From contig CACNSY010000001.1 of the NCBI GenBank assembly GCA_902623255.1, positions 17,463-81,462 of the forward strand: a DNA stretch of 64,000 nt, written 5' to 3'. This document shows, one piece after another, positions 47,057 through 56,383 of this stretch. Both the position numbers and the translations under genes were made by a program. The notes below the pieces were generated by a model, which searched no databases, was not told where the DNA came from, and was given only the letters and a program-made list of their open reading frames with translations. Source of the DNA: an uncultured Alphaproteobacteria bacterium (GTDB lineage: Bacteria; Pseudomonadota; Alphaproteobacteria; HIMB59; GCA-002718135). Position 1 is the first letter of the stretch; the number at the start of each line of letters is the position of its first letter.

Positions 47057-49699
47057 ATGGAATTATTTTTTCTTTTTTTATTAATATTTTTAATGGCATT
47101 TGCACTTGCTTCTGGATATCCATTAGCTTTTGCTCTTCCTGGTTCAGCTATTATATCAATATTTTTAGCTGGTTTAGCAGGATATTTAATTGAAGGTAAT
47201 CCAAACGAATATTTTATATCTGATGGTCCTTTTCAATGGCTTAATGCAGGAATAACAAATTTCCGAGGAGTATATTGGGAAGTAGAAAGAGATACATTGA
47301 TTGCAATACCTCTGTTTATTTTTATGGGAATAATGCTTGAAAAATCAAAAATTGCAGAAGACCTATTAATAAGTATGGGGCAATTATTTGGACCTATTCC
47401 AGGGGGATTAGGAATTTCTGTAATTTTTGTTGGCGCATTATTAGCTGCTACGACAGGCATTGTAGGGGCTACGGTAGTTGCGATGGGTTTAATTTCTTTA
47501 CCAGCAATGATGAAAAATAATTATAATAAATCACTTGCGTCTGGAATTGTTTGTTCTTCTGGTACACTTGGTCAAATAATTCCACCTTCAATTGTCCTTA
47601 TTATTTTGTCAGATCAATTAGCATCTGCTTCAGATGCAGCAGATAATATGAGAATAGAAAATTATAAAAACGTAACTGGTTCTACAAATATACCAAGTCA
47701 ATTTAGTGTAGATTCAGTCAGTGCTGGAAATATGTTTTTAGGAGCTTTCTTACCTGGTTTAGTTCTTGTTGGTCTATACATGTTATATGTTTTACTGATT
47801 GGAATATTTAAAAAAGAAGCAGTACCTCCAGTAGAATATGAAGGAAATTATGACAGAGATTTCTTTAGAAGAGTTTTTCTATCGCTTGTCCCGCCATTAG
47901 CATTAATTTTTGTAGTTTTAGGTTCAATATTACTTGGTATAGCAACAGTAAATCAAGCAGGTGCTATTGGTGCTGTGGGTGCAGGTGTGATGGGTGGTTA
48001 TAGATTGTATGATAAAAAAAACAAATATACACCAGCTTTAATAACTATAATTTCATTAATAGTAATAACCTTTATTGTAATAAATTTTCAACTTAATGTT
48101 AAAAATATTTCATCAACATCAGAAATGGTGGCTTTAGTAATTGCAATATTTGCAGTTATATTTTTACTTGTTGGTGTTGTTTGGAGTTTTTGGAGAACAT
48201 TTAAAATAAATAATGTTTTAAAAAATGTAATGATTGAAACAAGTTTAACTACTTCAATGGTTTTTATAATTCTGATTGGGGCTGCAATGTTAACAGCAGC
48301 GTTTAGAGGTTTTGGAGGTGAAGAAATAGTTAAGGATTTTCTCACTAGTCTTCCTGGAGGTTTTTGGACACAATTTATAGTTGTAATGGCAGTTATATTT
48401 GTACTAGGTTTTTTTTTAGATTTCATAGAAATTGCAATTGTTGTTGTTCCTATAGTTGCACCGATACTATTAGCTGAAACATCAGCAAATGTTACTGCAG
48501 TTTGGCTGGGTGTAATGATTGGTGTAAATATGCAAACTTCGTTTTTAACTCCACCATTTGGGTTTTCACTATTTTATCTAAGAGGGGTAGCACCAAAATC
48601 AATAAAAACGACTGAAATTTGGAAAGGTGCAAGTGTGTTTATTGTACTTCAATTAGTTGGTTTAGGTGTAGTTGGATATTTTCCACAATTAGTAAATTAT
48701 TTACCTCTTAGATCTTATTATTCATCAGAAGTTTCTCCTCCTCCAATTAATCCTAAACTTCAAGAATGTTTAATAGATTATTCTTATAATAAATATGAAG
48801 AAAATTTTTCTGAATCAATATTAATTACAAATGACCTAATGTCTTCTAATATTGATTTTTTACCAGAGAAACAAAATAAAAATTTTACTAATATGATTAA
48901 TAACATCAATGATTCAAAAAATTTAATAGAAGAAGTAAAATTATCACGTAAAAATTTTAACGATTACTCTATTAATTATAAGCCACTTCATACAAAAGTA
49001 AGGAATATTGAAAAAAATATTTATAAAAAATTATCAAAGATAGAAAAAATTAAAAAAGAAATTAGACTTGAAACTAAACTTAATGAAATTCAGAAGTTTG
49101 AAGAGAAAATTTTTGAATTAGAAAATGAAATTGAGAGTATAAAAATGACAATTCCTCTAAATTGGGAAGAGGAAAATAATAATTTCAAAACAATATTAGA
49201 TAAATTTAAGAAAAAGAAACTTAGTTATAATAAATCAGTAGATAACTCATTTAATGATTTACAAAAATTTATCAAAATTTTTCAAAATGCTGAAGAATTT
49301 TCTAAATTAGAAATTAATTTTAATGAGTTATTAAATAATGTTAATGAAGAGAGAGATGGAATTGAAGAAATAATTAAGAATTTTGAGAGATTATTTAATT
49401 CTTTCACTGACACTTCAAACATTACAAAACCAATCAAAAAAGCAAGAAAATTGTTGAAAAAAAATTACAATAAGAAAACAGAAGGATTAGCTTTAATTAA
49501 TGAAGCAAAAAAAATATATAATTTGGAAAAAAATTGGAGATTGGATGGTAATAAAATTATCTTAAGTGATTTAATTAAATTATCTGAAACTGGTAAAGAG
49601 ACTTTTGGATTAAGAAAACAAGAGAAACTTAATAAAGAGCAAGCTATTTATTTAGCTTCGTGTAAATCTGTACATGAAGATATTTCTTTATATTTTTAG
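47057..49699 (+). CDS. dctM: TRAP transporter large permease (DctM family) fused to a C-terminal hydrophilic coiled-coil-like extension of about 330 aa
   Basis: A single 880-codon open frame. Residues about 1-545 are polytopic and DctM-like (…FIFMGIMLEKS…, …MQTSFLTPPFGFSLFYLRGV…). Residues about 546-880 are K/E/N-rich with no TM segments. Confidence 0.85.
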   Translation: MELFFLFLLIFLMAFALASGYPLAFALPGSAIISIFLAGLAGYLIEGNPNEYFISDGPFQWLNAGITNFRGVYWEVERDTLIAIPLFIFMGIMLEKSKIAEDLLISMGQLFGPIPGGLGISVIFVGALLAATTGIVGATVVAMGLISLPAMMKNNYNKSLASGIVCSSGTLGQIIPPSIVLIILSDQLASASDAADNMRIENYKNVTGSTNIPSQFSVDSVSAGNMFLGAFLPGLVLVGLYMLYVLLIGIFKKEAVPPVEYEGNYDRDFFRRVFLSLVPPLALIFVVLGSILLGIATVNQAGAIGAVGAGVMGGYRLYDKKNKYTPALITIISLIVITFIVINFQLNVKNISSTSEMVALVIAIFAVIFLLVGVVWSFWRTFKINNVLKNVMIETSLTTSMVFIILIGAAMLTAAFRGFGGEEIVKDFLTSLPGGFWTQFIVVMAVIFVLGFFLDFIEIAIVVVPIVAPILLAETSANVTAVWLGVMIGVNMQTSFLTPPFGFSLFYLRGVAPKSIKTTEIWKGASVFIVLQLVGLGVVGYFPQLVNYLPLRSYYSSEVSPPPINPKLQECLIDYSYNKYEENFSESILITNDLMSSNIDFLPEKQNKNFTNMINNINDSKNLIEEVKLSRKNFNDYSINYKPLHTKVRNIEKNIYKKLSKIEKIKKEIRLETKLNEIQKFEEKIFELENEIESIKMTIPLNWEEENNNFKTILDKFKKKKLSYNKSVDNSFNDLQKFIKIFQNAEEFSKLEINFNELLNNVNEERDGIEEIIKNFERLFNSFTDTSNITKPIKKARKLLKKNYNKKTEGLALINEAKKIYNLEKNWRLDGNKIILSDLIKLSETGKETFGLRKQEKLNKEQAIYLASCKSVHEDISLYF

Positions 49700-50814
49700 T
49701 TAATTTTTTTTTCTATATCCATTACTATATGAATATAATCCATTGCATGACCTGATGGATTTTCTGTTACTTCCTCAAGATAAGCATTATAAAATTGATC
49801 GACAATTTGATTTATCTCATTAGGATTTCTTTTTTCTAATGCTGTTTTAAATACAGTTTCTGACCAACTTCTCATTGTTGGTATTAATGTTTCAGCATAT
49901 TCTCTTGATGACATAGTAGATTTATTTTTATTATAATGAACTTTAAAAGGGCAATCGGTAAACATAGTTTCGCATCTTTTAAGAATCAACCCAGATTTTG
50001 ATATTTCTGAATTAGGGTCATCAAAAGGTTTTCTAAATTCTTCAACAGTTCTATAATGTTGAGTAAAAGTAGCATTAACAAATTCTTCATTTGTAATAAT
50101 CCCTTTTTGCTCTAAATTTTTCCAATGTTTAGTAAAATTATTAAACATGTTATGACCGCCAGTGTTACCTAAATATCGACCCTTTTCATCTATTCCAAAG
50201 TTTATACAAATAAACCTTCCGCCTGGAACTAATTCACTTGATCTATTTAATAAAATTGTTTCCCAATCTTTTAGAGCTTGGATTTTAAATTGTTTTTTTT
50301 CTTCTTCATTTGAACCTACCATATGAACATGGTTATTTATCAAACATGGTCTTTCTGAAACGTAGTGCATTGCAGTCGCAGAGAATCCTAAGGATAAACT
50401 ATTATTAGACATCAATTGTTTATGAAAACCTGTACCACATCCGTGCACGAAAACATTTTCAAATTTATTCTGGTAAGCAAAATTATCATTACCTTGCATT
50501 CCTTGCATCATTCTAAATAAAACTGAAAAGTCATTAGATGCTAAATCAGTATACAACATTTCAATTTCTCTATTGTCTCCAGATTTTTTTATTTTTTCAA
50601 TAATATTAAACCACATTTCTTGACTTGTACCGCCATCAGCACTGCCAAAATCAGCTATTCTAAGCTTGTCAACTTTAGGAATATTTTTAAAGGCTTTTTC
50701 AATTAATACTTCCATTTTATCTATAGCATTTTTTGCCCCTACAGTTTTCTGAGAGTAATAACCCTCACCTTTCATCGATAAAACAGATTGTGTATTTAGA
50801 TTAGGTTTGTTCAT
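49696..50814 (-). CDS. SABATH-type SAM-dependent carboxyl methyltransferase family protein (Methyltransf_7-like)
   Basis: 372 aa with blocks collinear to plant salicylate/jasmonate carboxyl methyltransferases: LSMKGEGYYSQKT (cf. MKGGxGxxSY), RIADFGSADGGTS (cf. IADLGCSSGPN), LYTDLASNDFSVLF (cf. FLNDLPGNDFN), GCGTGFHKQLMSNNSLSLGFSATAMHYVS (cf. GVPGSFYGRLFPxxSLHFxHSSYSLHWLS). Confidence 0.75.
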   Translation of the reverse strand: MNKPNLNTQSVLSMKGEGYYSQKTVGAKNAIDKMEVLIEKAFKNIPKVDKLRIADFGSADGGTSQEMWFNIIEKIKKSGDNREIEMLYTDLASNDFSVLFRMMQGMQGNDNFAYQNKFENVFVHGCGTGFHKQLMSNNSLSLGFSATAMHYVSERPCLINNHVHMVGSNEEEKKQFKIQALKDWETILLNRSSELVPGGRFICINFGIDEKGRYLGNTGGHNMFNNFTKHWKNLEQKGIITNEEFVNATFTQHYRTVEEFRKPFDDPNSEISKSGLILKRCETMFTDCPFKVHYNKNKSTMSSREYAETLIPTMRSWSETVFKTALEKRNPNEINQIVDQFYNAYLEEVTENPSGHAMDYIHIVMDIEKKIN

Positions 50815-50855
50815 ATAATAATTTTAAACCTATTGAATTATAATAAAAGTATTTA

Positions 50856-53048
50856 TTAATCAAATTTAAGATTTTTATTAAAATATTTAGGGACTTTTTT
50901 TCCCGACTGAGCTCTTTTTCCCATCCAAAACTCAACATCTTCTAACTTTCTATTTTTAGAACCAGTGCTCCATTCTAATCCATCTTCAATAGTTAACTGA
51001 GTGACATCGGATAAAAAATCGTCTTTCTTAATTTTAATTAATTGAACTCCTCCACCCTTTTGTAATTTTGGCAAAGCATCAATTTCAAAAATTAACATTT
51101 TTTGTAAATTTGTAACGCAAGCTATGTGTTTTTTTGAAAGATTTAATACTTTAATAACTACATCATTATTTTTTAAATTAAATAATTGCTTACCTTTCTT
51201 TTGGTTTGTTACTAGAGTTTCAGTATTACTAATAAATCCTTTGCCATTTTTCGATACAATTAAGAGTTCTTGATCGATTGATGAAAGTAATCCAGCAATT
51301 TTATCTTTAGGCATACTATCAACAAAATAAATAAATGATTTAGGATTACTATTTCCACCTGGTAGAATATTTGGATCTATAGTGTAAACTTTACCAGAAG
51401 AAACAAACAAAAGTATTTTTTGGTTTGAATTTAAATTAACTGAAAATAGATTTTCTTTTTTTATTTTTTCAATTTCCTTTTCATCAGTTATCTCTTTAAT
51501 TCTCTTGAGCTGAAAATCTTTATTAATGATAATGGTAAATTTTTCAATTTCTTTAAATTCATCAATGCTAATATCAATATCATTATTTTGTTCTGATGAA
51601 ATTACAGATTTTCTATCCTTTATATCACTATCTAAATCATTTTTTATAAGATCTAATTCACTTACTATAAATTTATCTAATGTTTTTTTATCTTTTATTA
51701 ATTTATTAAGGTATTTTAATTCTTCATTTAATTTTTCGATTTCATCTTTAATATTTTTTTCATCAATCTTTCTAAGAGATCCTAAACGCATACTTAAAAT
51801 TGAATCACATTGTAAATCAGATAATTTATATTTTTTAATTAATTCTTTTTTGGGATTATCTTTTGTTCTTATTATTTTAATTATAGAATTTAAATTTTTA
51901 AAGACGATTTGATAACCTTTAAGAATTTCTAGTCTTTTTTTAATTTTTTCTATATTAAATTTTGATTTTCTTTTAATTGTAACTTTTCGATGTTCTAAAA
52001 AATTAGAAAGTATTTCAATAATTCCAATTTGTTTAGGCTCTATACCATCAATTAAAACATTAAAATTACAAGAGTACTTAATTGATAGGTCAGTTAATTT
52101 AAAACATAAGCTTATTAATTTTTCAGCATCAATATTTCTGGTCTTTGGTTTTAAGACAATTCTAATATTTTCATCTGACTCATCAACTACATCATCCAAT
52201 GGTAATTTTTTATTATTGATGTTATTAGCCAGTTGTTCGATTATCTTAACTTTATTAACTTGATATGGAATTTCAGTAATAATGATTTGATACAAACCAT
52301 TTTTTAATTCTTCTATTTGATATTTAGCATTAATATTAAATGAGCCCTTGCCATTCTTATAAATTTGCTTTTTTTCATTACTATCTAAAATTATTTCACC
52401 ACCTGTAGGAAGATCTGGTCCATTAATGATTTTTAAAATTTCAGTTAATGAAGTTTTATCTTTTTTTATTATCAGTTTTATAGCATCAATTAATTCTACC
52501 ACATTATGAGGAGGAATATTTGTAGCCATGCCTACAGCTATTCCCATTGCTCCATTAATTAAAATATTAGGAAGTTGAGATGGTAGAACCACAGGTTCTA
52601 AATTTTGACCATCATAATTATCTTTAAAATCTACTGAATTTTCTTCGATACCATCAAAAAAATAATTTGTATAATCTTGTAATCTTGCCTCTGTGTATCG
52701 CATTGCTGCAGGATTATCACCATCAATATTTCCAAAATTACCCTGGCCATCTACTAATGTAATTCTTGTAGAAAAATTCTGAGCCATTCTTACCAAACTA
52801 TCATATATAGCTTGATCACCATGTGGGTGAAATTTACCCATTACATCACCAACAATTCTAGCACATTTTTTATAACTTGAACTTTTGAAAAGTTTTAGTT
52901 GATACATTGAATAAATTATTCTGCGGTGAACGGGTTTTAATCCATCCCTCACATCAGGTAAAGATCTTGAAACAATAGTTGATATTGCATAAGAAAGATA
53001 TTTTTCACTAAGAATAGTATCTAAATTGGATTCAATTATTTTGTTCAT
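50856..53048 (-). CDS. parC: DNA topoisomerase IV subunit A
   Basis: 730 aa. RSLPDVRDGLKPVHRRI, the active-site region AAMRYTEARL, and a size typical of ParC rather than GyrA. Confidence 0.88.
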   Translation of the reverse strand: MNKIIESNLDTILSEKYLSYAISTIVSRSLPDVRDGLKPVHRRIIYSMYQLKLFKSSSYKKCARIVGDVMGKFHPHGDQAIYDSLVRMAQNFSTRITLVDGQGNFGNIDGDNPAAMRYTEARLQDYTNYFFDGIEENSVDFKDNYDGQNLEPVVLPSQLPNILINGAMGIAVGMATNIPPHNVVELIDAIKLIIKKDKTSLTEILKIINGPDLPTGGEIILDSNEKKQIYKNGKGSFNINAKYQIEELKNGLYQIIITEIPYQVNKVKIIEQLANNINNKKLPLDDVVDESDENIRIVLKPKTRNIDAEKLISLCFKLTDLSIKYSCNFNVLIDGIEPKQIGIIEILSNFLEHRKVTIKRKSKFNIEKIKKRLEILKGYQIVFKNLNSIIKIIRTKDNPKKELIKKYKLSDLQCDSILSMRLGSLRKIDEKNIKDEIEKLNEELKYLNKLIKDKKTLDKFIVSELDLIKNDLDSDIKDRKSVISSEQNNDIDISIDEFKEIEKFTIIINKDFQLKRIKEITDEKEIEKIKKENLFSVNLNSNQKILLFVSSGKVYTIDPNILPGGNSNPKSFIYFVDSMPKDKIAGLLSSIDQELLIVSKNGKGFISNTETLVTNQKKGKQLFNLKNNDVVIKVLNLSKKHIACVTNLQKMLIFEIDALPKLQKGGGVQLIKIKKDDFLSDVTQLTIEDGLEWSTGSKNRKLEDVEFWMGKRAQSGKKVPKYFNKNLKFD

Positions 53049-53763
53049 TTTTTTCTAAAAAACTGATTATATTTTTTTTAAATAAAATATACTGATTTGG
53101 CAATTTATGATTTAAATTTGATAAATGATTTTTGATAAAAATAATTTCAAAAATTTTAAAGAAATTATTCAAAGAATTATAATCTAATGTAATATTTGAA
53201 TTATTTACAAAAAGATGATGAGGAAAATCAATAGTATAGTTTGAGTAATTTTCTTTAAATTCTAAAGTATCTGTATCAAAATATTTGAATCTATTGTTGT
53301 TAACATAATCTAATTCGTATCCAATATATTTAAGTAAATCAAATAAATAGATGCAGAAAAAATTTAACCATTTTTTTTTATTAATCATGATTTCTAAAAA
53401 CTCTTTTGAAATTTTATATATTTGGTTTATTTTCTGCCCTTCAATTACTGAGGCATTAATTAAAGACACAACAGAAAGTAGGCAGCTTAGTTTATATTTA
53501 TCATTAATAATACTTGATAAATAAGGTTTTGATAATTCAGCTTTTATTGATGGTGGACGAGTCCCAATGTATGTTACATCCAAATTTAAAAAAAAACCAA
53601 GCTGCATTATATTTTTTTTGTTCTTTGAAAGACCACCATATACAATTCCTGAGAACACCTCATCTGTATCTGATAAAAATTTTATTAATAGATCATTATC
53701 TTTGTAAACTTTTGAATATATAAGTATCCCGTTAAATTTTTTTTGCATCTGATGAAATAACAT
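53032..53763 (-). CDS. recO: DNA repair protein RecO
   Basis: 243 aa with an N-terminal OB-fold-like region (GILIYSKVYKDNDLLIKFLS). Conserved position after era. Confidence 0.75.
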   Translation of the reverse strand: MLFHQMQKKFNGILIYSKVYKDNDLLIKFLSDTDEVFSGIVYGGLSKNKKNIMQLGFFLNLDVTYIGTRPPSIKAELSKPYLSSIINDKYKLSCLLSVVSLINASVIEGQKINQIYKISKEFLEIMINKKKWLNFFCIYLFDLLKYIGYELDYVNNNRFKYFDTDTLEFKENYSNYTIDFPHHLFVNNSNITLDYNSLNNFFKIFEIIFIKNHLSNLNHKLPNQYILFKKNIISFLEKNEQNN

Positions 53764-54589
53764 TAATATAAAGATGGGTTTTTACATCTAAAATATTAGA
53801 AATTTCTTTTTGACTTTTTATTCTAATATCTTTTATTTTAGATCCTTTTTTGCCCAATAATATCTTTTTGTATCTGTCATTTTTAATAATAATATCTTGC
53901 TTTATTTTTAGCTGTCCATTTTTTAAATATTTAAACGTTTTATTAGTTACCACTATCTTATATGGAATTTCTTTATGAACTAATGATAGTATTTCATTTC
54001 TTGTACATTCATTAGTGATAAAAATGTCATCTTTGTCAGTGATTTCATCATTCTGATATAACCAGTTCCCATACTGTGATTTTTGTAAAAGATAATCAAT
54101 TAAATTTTCAAAACCTAATTTTTTTTTTGCTGATATATTAAAAAATTTATCAATTTTATATTTTTCTGTAATTAATTTTATATACTTAAGTAAATTTTCT
54201 GCTTTTATTAAATCAGTTTTATTAAAAATAATTGAAATATTCTTTTTTAATTCATAAAGTTTAGGAAAATCATTTTTTAAATCGTTTAATTTAATTCTTT
54301 TTGAATCAATTAAATATAAAATAATATCTGATTGATTTAAACCTTCCCATAAATTTTTCTTCAATTTAGTTTTTTGAGATATATTATCTTTAAGAAAGCT
54401 GATACCAGGTGTATCGTATAAAACTAGCTGAGTATTTTTAATATTAACAATGCCAATTACAAAATCTTCAGTGGTATTTATTTTTTTGTTTGTTATTGAA
54501 ATTTTTTCTCCAACAAGATTATTTAATAAAGTTGACTTACCTGCATTAGTCTTACCAACAAGACTAATTTTTAATATTTTTCTTTTCAT
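53732..54589 (-). CDS. era: GTPase Era
   Basis: 285 aa. G1 GKTNAGKST, G3 DTPG, G4 NKTD, and a C-terminal KH domain. Confidence 0.92.
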   Translation of the reverse strand: MKRKILKISLVGKTNAGKSTLLNNLVGEKISITNKKINTTEDFVIGIVNIKNTQLVLYDTPGISFLKDNISQKTKLKKNLWEGLNQSDIILYLIDSKRIKLNDLKNDFPKLYELKKNISIIFNKTDLIKAENLLKYIKLITEKYKIDKFFNISAKKKLGFENLIDYLLQKSQYGNWLYQNDEITDKDDIFITNECTRNEILSLVHKEIPYKIVVTNKTFKYLKNGQLKIKQDIIIKNDRYKKILLGKKGSKIKDIRIKSQKEISNILDVKTHLYINVISSDAKKI

Positions 54590-55271
54590 TAATTTTTTTT
54601 AATGCAATTTCTGCAGCATTTCTCTCTGCCTCCCTTATTGAAGAACCTTTTGAATTGATTTTATTTAAATTTACCACTTTAACTGAAACAGTGAATGTGG
54701 GTGAATGAGGTGGTCCTTCTTTTTTGATTAATTTATATTCAGGAAGTTTTTTATAAAGTTGTTGTGACATTTCTTGTAATAATGTTTTTGGATCTAAGGT
54801 TTTAGAAACTTCAATATCTAGATATTTTGACCAAAATTTACTTATAAAATTAAAAGAAGGGTTATATCCGCCATCTAAAAATATTGCTCCAATTAATGAC
54901 TCAACTGAATCTGAAAAAATAGAATTTAACATTTTATTGTTTTTTTTCTTAAAGTTGTATTGAAGCACATCTTCTATTTGCAATTCTTGTGAAATTTTAA
55001 ATAAAAATTTTTTTTGAACTAAATAAGAATATTTTTTTGATAAGTCACCTTCATTAAATTTTTTATATTTTGAAAATAATAAATTTGCTATTATTAATCC
55101 TAAAACTCGGTCACCTAAAAATTCAAATCTTTCAAATTCATTGATATTAATTTTTTTTTCATTTTCTAAATAAAAACTTGGATGAGTTAAGGATTGAATT
55201 AACAATTTGTTATTTTTAAACTTATAATTTATTTTTTTCTCAAATAGTTTGAGCTTTTTACTGTCTATCAT
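54564..55271 (-). CDS. rnc: ribonuclease III
   Basis: 235 aa. RNase III signature ERFEFLGDRVLG and a C-terminal dsRBD. Confidence 0.93.
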   Translation of the reverse strand: MIDSKKLKLFEKKINYKFKNNKLLIQSLTHPSFYLENEKKININEFERFEFLGDRVLGLIIANLLFSKYKKFNEGDLSKKYSYLVQKKFLFKISQELQIEDVLQYNFKKKNNKMLNSIFSDSVESLIGAIFLDGGYNPSFNFISKFWSKYLDIEVSKTLDPKTLLQEMSQQLYKKLPEYKLIKKEGPPHSPTFTVSVKVVNLNKINSKGSSIREAERNAAEIALKKINEKKNIKN

Positions 55272-56002
55272 TGAATTTTTTGAAAAATTCTTTCATATCT
55301 TATTGAGTTTGGCCATTTCCATATCTGTAAAAATCTTGCATTTTCTAAAGAAAAAAAAATAAACTGCGCCTTACCAACTAAATTTTCATAAGGAATGAAT
55401 CCAACTGTACTCATAAATCTACTATCTTGTGAATTATCTCTATTATCACCCATTACGAAGAAATGATTTTCAGGAACATTAAAAAGCTGTGTATTGTCCG
55501 CAATACCATTATCAGTTATGTCAAGTATATTAATCTCTTTATTAAAGAAATATTCATTATACATTCTAATTCTTTTATTACTTGTTTTATTATCTGAATC
55601 TATAAAATCATTTAATTTTTTCTGTAAAATTTCTGATCCATTAATAAAAATAATTCCATTTTTAATTTCTATTTTGTCACCTGGCAAACCAATTACTCTT
55701 TTAATATAATCGGTTCTATTATTTTCAGGAGTTTTAAATACTACTACATCACCTCTTTCAGGTATATTTGAGAATATTTTTCCTGGTATCATAGGTATTG
55801 AAAATGGAAGGGAGTGTTTAGAAAAGCCATATGAATATTTTGAAACAAAAATAAAATCTCCCACAAGGAGATTTGGTTTCATTGATCCCGAAGGTATATT
55901 GAATGGCTCAAATATAAATGATCTAATTAGTAAGGCTATAAAGATTGCTATAAGTATTGATTTCAAATTACCAAAAAAACTATTTTTTTTTGATTTAGTC
56001 AT
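55268..56002 (-). CDS. lepB: signal peptidase I
   Basis: 244 aa. Catalytic Ser in IPSGSMKPNL, a Lys box (YIKRVIGLPGD), and GDNRDNSQDSR. Confidence 0.93.
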   Translation of the reverse strand: MTKSKKNSFFGNLKSILIAIFIALLIRSFIFEPFNIPSGSMKPNLLVGDFIFVSKYSYGFSKHSLPFSIPMIPGKIFSNIPERGDVVVFKTPENNRTDYIKRVIGLPGDKIEIKNGIIFINGSEILQKKLNDFIDSDNKTSNKRIRMYNEYFFNKEINILDITDNGIADNTQLFNVPENHFFVMGDNRDNSQDSRFMSTVGFIPYENLVGKAQFIFFSLENARFLQIWKWPNSIRYERIFQKIQ

Positions 56003-56381
56003 AAATTGTCACATTTGCTATCGCATATTTTTTTTCATCAGAAAGCGATACTTCAATTTGTGCATTAGAATTTTTATTCATATTTTTAAAAATTATCTTT
56101 GCTTTACCATACAGTTTTATAAACGGTTTACCATATTGGTTATTTGTAACTTCAATATCTTTCCAAAATACACCTCTAGCCAGACCTGTGCCTAAAGCTT
56201 TAGCGCAGGCTTCTTTCGCAGCGTATCTTTTTGCATAAGATTCTACCGAATTAAATCTTTTTTCTGATCTCTCTATCTCAGAAATACTAAAACATCTTTT
56301 TTTAAATCTATTACCATATTTATCTATTACTATTCTTATTCTATTAATATCAATAATGTCTATTCCGTTGCCAATAATCAT
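55995..56381 (-). CDS. acpS: holo-[acyl-carrier-protein] synthase
   Basis: 128 aa. Start MIIGNGIDIIDINRI and the motif AAKEACAKALG. Confidence 0.9.
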   Translation of the reverse strand: MIIGNGIDIIDINRIRIVIDKYGNRFKKRCFSISEIERSEKRFNSVESYAKRYAAKEACAKALGTGLARGVFWKDIEVTNNQYGKPFIKLYGKAKIIFKNMNKNSNAQIEVSLSDEKKYAIANVTIYD

Positions 56382-56383
56382 AT

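Noticed and set aside
48088-48426. 112-aa minus-strand ORF inside dctM.
   Set aside because: It is antisense to the conserved permease core and has no motifs. It is open by chance because the sense strand is relatively GC-rich here.
48700-49699. The idea that the dctM tail is a separate downstream gene.
   Set aside because: No stop codon separates it from the permease frame, and no Shine-Dalgarno/ATG combination marks an internal start. I treat it as a fusion, though a sequencing frameshift cannot be excluded from one sequence alone.
51526-51912. 128-aa plus-strand ORF inside parC.
   Set aside because: It is antisense to the ParC C-terminal domain, and its product is a low-complexity S/F/I/L-rich sequence.
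55899-56195. 98-aa plus-strand ORF spanning the lepB/acpS junction.
   Set aside because: It is antisense to two well-supported genes and has no recognisable features.
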